NCBI GenBank assembly: GCA_050246115.1
Contig: JBFWWP010000024.1
Location: 13,381 to 77,380, forward strand
Direction: 5' to 3'
Source of the DNA: Planctomycetota bacterium
Lineage (GTDB): Bacteria; Planctomycetota; UBA8108; UBA1146; JAJFFE01
DNA: 64,000 bases
Numbering within the stretch: position 1 is the first letter of the stretch; every line of letters starts with the position of its first letter. Below the pieces are notes generated by a model. That model searched no databases. It was given only the letters and a program-made list of their open reading frames with translations, and was not told the DNA's origin. Below, piece after piece: positions 48,001 to 55,064 of this stretch. The position numbers and the translations under genes were made by a program.

Positions 48001-48096
48001 GATGAGTTGAATTGGCCGCCGTTCGAGCGAGAGAATGTCGTTGATGATTCCCGTCGTGTCCAACCCCGACACGAGTCCGTCGATCGTTATTGGCAC
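45007..48096 (-). CDS. fliD: flagellar filament cap protein FliD (hook-associated protein 2), about 1030 aa
   Basis: GTG 48094-48096 (GGAGAGG upstream): VPITIDGLVSGLDTTGIINDILSLERRPI. C-terminal RLTQREGRLRRQFANLEQVMQSSQATLQRL. At least 6 internal repeats of about 55 aa. Confidence 0.86.
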   Translation of the reverse strand: MPITIDGLVSGLDTTGIINDILSLERRPIQLITNQVELARSRQTAFLDLSARLLNLQVSAGRLANPSTFKAVSVSSTRPETLVASAGPGVPPGTYSFRVAQLARGSQFVSRGFATADASPVGAGTLSLELGGGFVDGATELDALNGGLGVARGSIRVTDGAGNTAVVDLSTAITVDDVIAAINDATGVDVVAQVAGTGTTNVGRALVLVDQSGGPGSLQVEEIGTGQTAADLGILGSAVGTLAGSAIRTLGVDSLLSGLGDGLGLRGSGSAAADLLFTLTDGSTAGVDVDSLSTVQDLIDAVTTATGGNLTLSVNATGDGFDLLDTSGGGGSLVVANATVGSAASDLGLAGTHGGGTANGTRVLAGLNDVLLATLRGGSGVASGSILVQNRAGASTAIDLSAAETLQDVIRAINAAGAGVTASTTPNGNGLLLRDTSGGNGALQVSEAGSTTAADLGLLVGPVTTTTLQGTDLDPRYIHENTRLSSLNGGRGVAGGSVRIVDSAGIAFTVDLSQEDTIGEIIRDIQGAASVVGSAVTVGINADGNGLLITSSAGAGTLRIEEVAGGRTARDLNILGSAEAGTPNVIDGAFEKSITIGADDTLDDVRAAIADLGLDVAVSVVNDGSGQNPFRLSLVSNQTGAGSRLLVDVVGSNLSFQETARAQDGVVFYGESGAGTQPVLLRSRSNSYSNVVEGLTITAQEVDASPVRVTIQRDSEAVVDEVEELLARFNDVLSVINDLTAFDLEANTQGLLVGDGTLRGLKDNLLRSLTRPLAETGNRYSLAAQLGLRVTGDRVTLDRTEFAAALAADPAAVERFFTAPRTLTGTTPLADFNNGQGVDTTGSGAEFRIQLRDGSQVDVDLDGAVTLEDVLEAINNAGGGNVTAALAATGNSIVLEDLTTGGSSLRVTAVGGSTAFNDLGLNRSANVTGGSTLTGFAIDLSGDVGVGGRLSDAVEALVNTTDGVIQTRSDGFDQIIEALEKRIEAAEERLTQREGRLRRQFANLEQVMQSSQATLQRLTAALSGLGGGR

Positions 48097-48328
48097 TGCG
48101 CGCCGCCTCTCCGTTCGTGAGCACGATTCGACCCCGACCCGCGCGATCGACGCACCTCGCGACCGCCCGAGACGCAACGTGGCGGTTCGATGTCCGTAGT
48201 CCAGCGCGCCATGCCCCGGCAAGCGCGGCATGCGCTTGATTCGGGACCTAGGAGACTGTCGGAAAGCCCATTCCGACGCGAATCGCCGATGAACGCGCCA
48301 ACTCCGAAAGATGCTCAGCTCGACGTGT

Positions 48329-48730
48329 TTAGGCCCGATCGTCGAGCAACGCGCCGGTCAGGTCCTGAAAGAACGACCTCAGGCCCCGGAGTCGGTCCGG
48401 CGGGATTTCCCTGATCACTTCATCGGATCCCTTGTCGACGACCTGAACCACCAGGTCCTTGCCCTCGCCCGAAACGTCGAACCGAATCCCCCGCTCCCGC
48501 GGAACCTTGAGATTGATCTCGGCAACCAGCTTCTGCAGCGCCTCGAGATCGAGTCCCTGCCGCGCCGGCGGCGAGGCGGTTTCCGTCGCCGCGGACTGCG
48601 GTCGCGCCTGACCCTCCGCGGCCGCTGCCGCCGACCCTGTCTTCAAGGGGGCGTGACCGGACGTGGCGCGAGTCGGACTTGCTGCCGCCGCACGCCCGCC
48701 ATCGAGTGCGTTCAACCCTAGATCGTTCAT
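48329..48730 (-). CDS. flaG: flagellar protein FlaG
   Basis: C-terminal IRFDVSGEGKDLVVQVVDKGSDEVIREIPPDRL is typical of FlaG. It lies between the flagellin genes and fliD. Confidence 0.75.
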   Translation of the reverse strand: MNDLGLNALDGGRAAAASPTRATSGHAPLKTGSAAAAAEGQARPQSAATETASPPARQGLDLEALQKLVAEINLKVPRERGIRFDVSGEGKDLVVQVVDKGSDEVIREIPPDRLRGLRSFFQDLTGALLDDRA

Positions 48731-48814
48731 TGTGTCGCTCCTTGATCTGTTGGAGTCGCAACCGCCCCCGCCGCGCCGGGGTCGGCGAGACGGGGGCCGA
48801 CTCCTCTACTGCGT

Positions 48815-50266
48815 TTAGCCGAGCAGCGTCAGGACGGACTGCGAGATCAGATTCGACTGGGCCAGCACCGAGATGCCGGACTGGTACAGAATCTGGTTCC
48901 GCGTGAACGCCGCGGTCTCCGCGGCGAAGTCCAAGTCACGAATCGACGACTCCGACGCCGTCAGGTTCTCGGTCGCGACGGCGAGCGACGACAGGTTCGA
49001 GTCCACCGTCTGCGCCTTGAAGGCACCGAGATAGGCGCGCAGGTCTGTTACCTGGTTGATCGCGGCATCGACGATCCGCAAAGCGTTGTTGGCATTCGCG
49101 GTGAGATCGTTGCTGCCGCCCGAGACGAGCGATGACAAGAAGCCACCGATCGTCACGGTGCTGCCGGCAATGCCGTTGACCGTCCGCGTCTCGTTGCCCA
49201 ACAGGCTCGAGTGCACGCTGCGGATCCCGAGTTGCTCGCGGTCGCTGGCGGCCCCGGTCTCGTTCAATTGGAACGTGAGCCCCGAGTTCTTGAGCGTGAA
49301 GGTGTGGTTACCCGCCGCAACCCCGTCGGCCAGCGTGATGTCCCCGGTCAGGATGTCCGACACGACCCGCAGGTTGTGACCATCGGCGCTGAACTGCACG
49401 CCGTTGATGTTGCCTCCGATGTCGCGCCCGACGTCGGTCTGGACCCCGCTGGCGCTGGTCAAACCACCACCCGCGTTGAGGGTTCCCGTCACGACCTCGA
49501 CCGTAACCGAGTTCTTGCTGCCGTAGTCGACGCTGAACAGGCGACCCGACGACGCGAACACGCCCGTGTCCGCGGTGTAGATATTGACCGCGTCATCGAA
49601 CTGGACGACGGTGGTGCTGCTCGCGATCACAATGTCTTGCGTACCCGCGGAGCCCGTCAGGCGGATGGTCGCCCCGTTCGCCGACGTGCCGCCGTAGGCG
49701 GCGCCGGCAAAGAGCGTGGCTTGGCTGGCGATCTGCGACACGGTGACCGTGAACTGTTGCGAGGTTTGACCGTCGAAGGTCACACTCTGAACGTTCACGC
49801 TCTGAACCCCGGCGGCCTGTGAGGTCACCTGCAGCGCCGAACTGCCGTCGAGCAGCCGGCGCGAAGCGAACTTCGTGGTTTGGGCAATGCGGTCGATCGA
49901 ACGGATCGAGTTGTCGATGGCGTCCTGTTCCGCGTCGATCTGCTCGGGCGAACTGGTGCCGGTGCTGAGCGCGAAGATGGCGGACTCTCGAATCCGAATC
50001 AGCAGGCTGTTGACCTCGTTGAGCGCGGCCTCGGTGGTGGATACGATGTTGGCCGCGTTCTGCGAGTTCTCAATGGCTTGCTGCATGGAAGTGATCTGCG
50101 CTCGCAGCTGCTCGGAGATCACCAAGCCGGACGGGTCGTCCGACGCCCGGTTCACGCGCAGGCCCGTCGACAACCGCTCGAGCGACTTCTGTTGCGACGC
50201 GTCCGAGCTGCGCAGGTTCCGGAGTGCCGTGATGGCCGGCACGTTCGTATTGATGCGAAGACCCAT
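48815..50266 (-). CDS. fliC: flagellin (copy 1)
   Basis: MGLRINTNVPAITALRNL...LSTGLRVNRASDDPSGLVISEQLRAQ. C-terminal ILYQSGISVLAQSNLISQSVLTLLG. Confidence 0.95.
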   Translation of the reverse strand: MGLRINTNVPAITALRNLRSSDASQQKSLERLSTGLRVNRASDDPSGLVISEQLRAQITSMQQAIENSQNAANIVSTTEAALNEVNSLLIRIRESAIFALSTGTSSPEQIDAEQDAIDNSIRSIDRIAQTTKFASRRLLDGSSALQVTSQAAGVQSVNVQSVTFDGQTSQQFTVTVSQIASQATLFAGAAYGGTSANGATIRLTGSAGTQDIVIASSTTVVQFDDAVNIYTADTGVFASSGRLFSVDYGSKNSVTVEVVTGTLNAGGGLTSASGVQTDVGRDIGGNINGVQFSADGHNLRVVSDILTGDITLADGVAAGNHTFTLKNSGLTFQLNETGAASDREQLGIRSVHSSLLGNETRTVNGIAGSTVTIGGFLSSLVSGGSNDLTANANNALRIVDAAINQVTDLRAYLGAFKAQTVDSNLSSLAVATENLTASESSIRDLDFAAETAAFTRNQILYQSGISVLAQSNLISQSVLTLLG

Positions 50267-50312
50267 GGGAAATCCTCCTTGATTCCGCGTGTAGCCGTCG
50301 ATCCTTGACGGC
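50267..50312 (-). promoter_or_regulatory. flagellin 5' leader with two CsrA-type GGA sites
   Basis: The minus strand reads GCCGUC-AAGGAUC-GACGGC (6-bp stem with GGA in a 7-nt loop, 50294-50312). It is followed by AUCAAGGAGGAUUUCCCAUG, with GGA in the Shine-Dalgarno. Confidence 0.4.
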
Positions 50313-50670
50313 TTGGTCTGCCCTTACGGGCTAGGAGCAGGGCACCGACTTCGGGCCCGCCCTTCGAGATTCGTTCGTGGGTGTCGGTTTCCTCCTCTTT
50401 CGTCAGGTGCGTCCCGCGAAGGTCCGATTCGCGAACCGTCGCGCTCTGGCTCCAAGCCACGTGGCTTGGGGGTCCGGCGCCGTGCCCGTGGGTCCGGAAC
50501 GCGTGCGGGCAGCGCTGTCGGAACTATCGGTGGTGTTTCGAAGGAAACTTGGGTCGGGGGGGAGGGAGCGCGGCAAGCCCATGGTCGACAGCCACTTGCG
50601 GAAGTGACAATCTCTGTCGCGGAGCGAATCGGCGCGCGCCATTCGACGGCAACGGGTGACCGCGAGCGAG

Positions 50671-50710
50671 CGGCCCGCGAGCGAGGAGGGCAGCGCACCG
50701 CGCCCGCCAA
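50671..50710 (-). terminator. GC-rich hairpin downstream of flagellin copy 2 (possible terminator, no U tract)
   Basis: 10-bp stem GCGAGGAGGG/CCCTCCTCGC with a 20-nt loop, 25 nt after the stop at 50735. Confidence 0.25.
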
Positions 50711-50734
50711 CCCTCCTCGCCGCGGGCGCGCGGG

Positions 50735-52186
50735 TTACTGCAAGAGCTGCAACACGCTCTGCGACAGCGCGTTGGTCTGGGCCAGCACGGAGATCCCGGA
50801 CTGGAACAGGACCTGACCACGAGCCAGCTCCGAGGTCTCGGCCGCGAAGTCGAGATCCCGGATGGTCGACTCACTCGCGGTGAGGTTCTCGATCGCGACC
50901 GACAGCTCGCGAATGCCTGGCTCGATGTTGTCGTGCACGAACGCACCCAGGAAGGCGCGGATGCTCGACACCTGGTCGATCGCCACGTCGATGATCTTCA
51001 GAGCATTCCCGGGGTCGTTGTGCAGATCGTTGTCACCCCCCGCGGTAAGCGTCGACAGAAAGCCGTAGGACTCCACGCCACCGGTCGTCGTGACCGTTCG
51101 CCCGAGGTTGTTCGAGTAGATGTTGGGGATGCCGATGACCGCTTGATCGGTCGGCACCGCGCGATTCGACAGCTGGAACAACAGGCCCGAGTTGCGAATG
51201 GTGAAATTGTACGAACCCGCCGCGGACTGCGGTGCCAGGTTGATCGCACCCGAGAACACACTCGCGACGACGCTGAGACTGTTGCCCACCGCACGCACGG
51301 GTACCCCGTTGAGCGTCGCTCGGGCGTCGACACCGAAGTCGTCGACGAACTCGCCGACGCTGGTGACGGCGCCGGCCGCCCCGGTGAACCTGCCCGTGCC
51401 GCTCACCTGCTCGATGCGAATCACGCCGGCGGACCCGAAGTCTTCACTGAACAGCATGCCCGCGCTCGCATAGATGCCGGTGTTCCCGCGGAGGATGTTG
51501 ACCGCATCCTGAAAGGTAGTGAGCGTCGCGCCCGACGGGATCACGATGTCTTCGGTACCCAGGTTGCCGGTCACGCGCAACGTAACCGGCCCGCCGGAGG
51601 CCGCGACCCCGGTCGCACCCACCGCCGAGAGAATGGCCTGACTCGCGTTCTGACTGACGAGCAGACTAAACGTGGTCTCCGACGACCGCTGGTCGAACGT
51701 GACCGAGATGGGCTGGAGGTCGGTGATCTCGGACGAGCGCGCGCGAATGTCGAACGCGCTGTCGCCGTTCAACAAACTACGCGTGGCAAACCGCGTCGTC
51801 GCGGCCACCCGATCGATGGCCTCGAGCAGTTGATCCACCGCGTCTTGCTCGGCATTGATCTGCTCGACCGAAGCGCCCCCGGTGTTGAGGGCGAACACCG
51901 CAGACTCCCGGATCTCGATGAGCATGGCGTTCACTTCGTTGAGCGCCGCCTCACTGGTATTGAGGAGGTTCGCGGCGAAGGACGCGTTCTCGGTGGCCTT
52001 GCGGAGGCTCGTCACCTGCGCACGGAGTTGTTCCGAGATCACGAGACCCGAGGGATCGTCGGCAGCCCGATTGATGCGGAAGCCGGTCGAGAGCCGTTGG
52101 AGACTGGTGTTCAGACGCTTGTCGTTCTGGCCTAGCAACCGCAAGGCCGTCAGCGACGAGGTGTTGGTGTTAATCCTGAGTCCCAT
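50735..52186 (-). CDS. fliC: flagellin (copy 2)
   Basis: ATG 52184-52186 (AAAGGAGG upstream): MGLRINTNTSSLTALRLL...RINRAADDPSGLVISEQLRAQ. C-terminal VLFQSGISVLAQTNALSQSVLQLLQ. Confidence 0.95.
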   Translation of the reverse strand: MGLRINTNTSSLTALRLLGQNDKRLNTSLQRLSTGFRINRAADDPSGLVISEQLRAQVTSLRKATENASFAANLLNTSEAALNEVNAMLIEIRESAVFALNTGGASVEQINAEQDAVDQLLEAIDRVAATTRFATRSLLNGDSAFDIRARSSEITDLQPISVTFDQRSSETTFSLLVSQNASQAILSAVGATGVAASGGPVTLRVTGNLGTEDIVIPSGATLTTFQDAVNILRGNTGIYASAGMLFSEDFGSAGVIRIEQVSGTGRFTGAAGAVTSVGEFVDDFGVDARATLNGVPVRAVGNSLSVVASVFSGAINLAPQSAAGSYNFTIRNSGLLFQLSNRAVPTDQAVIGIPNIYSNNLGRTVTTTGGVESYGFLSTLTAGGDNDLHNDPGNALKIIDVAIDQVSSIRAFLGAFVHDNIEPGIRELSVAIENLTASESTIRDLDFAAETSELARGQVLFQSGISVLAQTNALSQSVLQLLQ

Positions 52187-52514
52187 GACCTGCCTCCTTT
52201 CCTTTCGACTTTCCCTTGTTCCCGCGCCGGGCCGGCGCGAGGTCGGTAGCGCTCGCCCGACCGCGGCTCGCAGGGAGGAGCCCAGCGTTCCCGCGCAGTA
52301 GCTGTTGAGCACGCTCGAGTCCGACGGCATCGACGGCCAAGGACTCGCGGTTCGCGTTCATGATCTCGAGATAGACTTCCTGGCGGTGTACGCTGACGTC
52401 CGCCGGTGCCTGCACCCCGAGGCGCACGCGGTCGCCCTTCACGTTGAGCACGCGGACGACGATGTCGTCGCCGATACGGATCTCTTGGTCGCAGGTTCGG
52501 GTCAGGACGAGCAT
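52170..52514 (-). CDS. csrA: carbon storage regulator CsrA with a long C-terminal extension
   Basis: MLVLTRTCDQEIRIGDDIVVRVLNVKGDRVRLGVQAPADVSVHRQEVY. 114 aa in total. The ORF runs over the leader and first 17 nt of flagellin copy 2. Confidence 0.9.
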   Translation of the reverse strand: MLVLTRTCDQEIRIGDDIVVRVLNVKGDRVRLGVQAPADVSVHRQEVYLEIMNANRESLAVDAVGLERAQQLLRGNAGLLPASRGRASATDLAPARRGNKGKSKGKEAGHGTQD

Positions 52515-52996
52515 TCGGCACCGCCCTCCGACCCGGCGAAGAGTCGCGCACGCACCGGGTATTCATCGCCCGCCAGCACCAACTGGACGCCCACGGACGT
52601 ATGCGGGTTCACGACCAACGGACCGCGCAGGTTCGCCGTGATCTGCTGCGGATCTTGCGGGACCACCAGAATCACACAGACCAGGCCGTCCTCGGGGTCC
52701 TGGACCGCAAGCGCAGCCTGATCCTCCTTCGACAGTGGCACCACGTACTCGGGAAAGAAGTGGCGCGGCTCGCACACCACGAAGGCCAGACCGGGGTCGT
52801 CCGCGGACTGCATCCAGAAGAACGGACCGCTGTCTTCGTGATCGTGGAGAAATACGAAGCGCCGCGCCTGCGGCAGGCCCACGAGGCCGCGCGGGAACTC
52901 CAGAATCCTCTCTGGTGGAACCTCGACCTCACCGAAACGAACGGTCGAGACGGTGACCATCTCGGCCTCTCGCGTGGTGGTCATCTGCTCATCCAT
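52502..52996 (-). CDS. fliW: flagellar assembly factor FliW
   Basis: ATG 52994-52996 (GGAAGGA upstream). RFGEVEVPPERILEFPRGLVGLPQARRFVFL...FFWMQS...NLRGPLVVN. Confidence 0.9.
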   Translation of the reverse strand: MDEQMTTTREAEMVTVSTVRFGEVEVPPERILEFPRGLVGLPQARRFVFLHDHEDSGPFFWMQSADDPGLAFVVCEPRHFFPEYVVPLSKEDQAALAVQDPEDGLVCVILVVPQDPQQITANLRGPLVVNPHTSVGVQLVLAGDEYPVRARLFAGSEGGAECSS

Positions 52997-53152
52997 GGCA
53001 ATCCTTCCGCGGCTGGGCGGCATTCGCGACGATCCGCGATCGACGACACCCGAGCCAGTTCCCTCTACCCACGTTGCCTTCACTCCTCGTCGCCCGGTCG
53101 CAGCAGGAGGCGTCCGCCGAGGCCGGGTCCCCGACGTACACTCCGTCGTGCC

Positions 53153-55051
53153 CTACACCAGGAAGTCCAAAATCGATGACTGAAGTAAGCGCGCTGAGGT
53201 CTGCAGCGCAGCCTGGTACGTCGTCTGCTGTTCATTGAAACGCACGATGGCAGCGGCGAGGTCGGTGTCGCCCTCCTGGGAGATCAGCGCCTGGAACTCG
53301 AACACCTCGAGCTGTGTCCGACGCTCCGAGATCTCGAGACGGCGAATGCGTCCGCCGATCGTGGCCCGCGCCTCCAGCACCCGGCTCGCAGCGGCGTCGA
53401 GCGCGTCGATGGCGCGACGGATCGTGACTTCGTCCGACTCGACCAGACCCTCGTACAACAGTCCGAAGCCGTCGAATGCGCTCTCGAGTCGCACGCCGCC
53501 GGGCGCCAGTGAGGCGCCGTCGATCGTGCCCGTGGCCGACGACGTCTCCAGTCCGAGGCCGCCCGCGGCGAACGAACCGTTCAGCCCGACTACCGACAGC
53601 TCGCCGGCGCCTCCCGAGACGTCCGTGAGCACCAAGCGCACCGGACCGTCTCGCGCCTCGACCTGCAGCTTGCCGCCGTTCGCAGGGTGATCCGCAATCT
53701 GCGCGACCACGTCGCCAAGGGTCTCGGCGTCGGCAATGTCGATGTCCAGGACGGTGCCGTCCTGCAGCTCGATGCGAAAGTCGTCGCCGTCGACGGACTG
53801 CACGCCGCGGCCACCATGGAGGCGAGCGAGCGGGGTCGCAGGCGCGTCGACATGCCAGCCGAGATCGCGGGCTGTCGAGCCCCCCGCTTCCTCGACGAAG
53901 AAGTCCGCTCCCGCGAGATGCGACAGAACCTCGAGTCCGCGGCCGTCGGGGGCCAGTCGGGCTACCACCGCGGTTCCGGAGGTGTTGATGGCGTTGAGCA
54001 GGTCCTCGACGGTGTCCAGCCCGGCGAGCGAGATCGTGGCTTCGAGGTTGCCATTGCGGATGGTGAAGCCTGCGGGGTCTACGCCCACGCCCGAGTACAG
54101 CTCCGCGAGCGGCGTCGTCGCCTGGAGCAACGGGTCGACATCCTGCCCCACGAGCACTCCGCCGGTCCCCGCCGCGGCAATCCCAAGATCCCTGGCGGTG
54201 GTCGCACCGTTTACTTCGAACACCGACAGGTTCGCGCCCGGCCGGCTGATCTCCAAGCCCTTGCCGTCCGACTTGACCAACGCCGCAGCGAAGCCCGATT
54301 CGTTGACCGCGTCCACGACGTCGCCGACGGTCTTCGCACGACTCAGGTCGACGACCACACTCGCACCCAAACCGTCGTGGATCTCGATGGCCCCGGAGGA
54401 GACCCCGCGCCCGCCATTCAACAGGCGAACTGGCGTGTCCCGTGTGACCATCGGATCCAGATCCGCACGCCCCCGGATCTCGCTCGAGAAGCCACCGAAG
54501 GCCCGAACCCCGCTGACCGAGGTCTCGAACAGCATGCCCGGCGCGATCTCCGAGACCGACTCGCTGTCATCGCCCGCGTAGGAGACATAGCTCCCGACCC
54601 GCGAGAACGGAGCACCGTCGGCGCGACTGCCGCCGAACAGGAATCGATCCCCGAACTGCCGGTTGCCCAGCAGCACCGCTTCCCGTACCAACGCGTCGAT
54701 CTCGACCGCTGAGTTGCGACGGGTCTCGGGGGTCGCCGACGCATTGATCTGTCCCAGAGCGATCTCGCGGGCGCGCTCGATGAGGCTGCTGAGTTCGTCC
54801 AGGGCCGACTCGCTCGCGGACAGGCGCGAGGAACCAAAGCTGATGTTGCTCTCGTACTTCTCGTTGCGTTCCACCCACCGCTGCCACGTGACCAGTCGCC
54901 GGGTGGCGAGCGGGTTGTCCGACAGCACGGCGTACTTCTGGCCCGACGAGATCCGGCGATCCTCTTCGGCAATCGATCGCAGCGTCCCCTGGATCGAACG
55001 CAGTGACTGCTGCGATAGCAACGAGTCCGTTACACGGCTGAGTGCGGTCAT
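53153..55051 (-). CDS. flgL: flagellar hook-associated protein 3 FlgL, 632 aa
   Basis: N-terminal RVTDSLLSQQSLRSIQGTLRSIAEEDRRISSGQKYAVLSDNP. C-terminal TTYQAALQTSARLLQSSILDFLV. Three internal FliD-like repeats. Confidence 0.86.
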   Translation of the reverse strand: MTALSRVTDSLLSQQSLRSIQGTLRSIAEEDRRISSGQKYAVLSDNPLATRRLVTWQRWVERNEKYESNISFGSSRLSASESALDELSSLIERAREIALGQINASATPETRRNSAVEIDALVREAVLLGNRQFGDRFLFGGSRADGAPFSRVGSYVSYAGDDSESVSEIAPGMLFETSVSGVRAFGGFSSEIRGRADLDPMVTRDTPVRLLNGGRGVSSGAIEIHDGLGASVVVDLSRAKTVGDVVDAVNESGFAAALVKSDGKGLEISRPGANLSVFEVNGATTARDLGIAAAGTGGVLVGQDVDPLLQATTPLAELYSGVGVDPAGFTIRNGNLEATISLAGLDTVEDLLNAINTSGTAVVARLAPDGRGLEVLSHLAGADFFVEEAGGSTARDLGWHVDAPATPLARLHGGRGVQSVDGDDFRIELQDGTVLDIDIADAETLGDVVAQIADHPANGGKLQVEARDGPVRLVLTDVSGGAGELSVVGLNGSFAAGGLGLETSSATGTIDGASLAPGGVRLESAFDGFGLLYEGLVESDEVTIRRAIDALDAAASRVLEARATIGGRIRRLEISERRTQLEVFEFQALISQEGDTDLAAAIVRFNEQQTTYQAALQTSARLLQSSILDFLV

Positions 55052-55064
55052 AGGGTCTCCGTCT

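Noticed and set aside
50305-50340. Sigma-28-like -10 element GCCGTCAA, with TAAG upstream, in the flagellin 1 leader.
   Set aside because: The spacing to any TAAA-like -35 is wrong (10 or 18 nt instead of about 15). A start there would also destroy the GGA hairpin, so the real promoter is probably further upstream.
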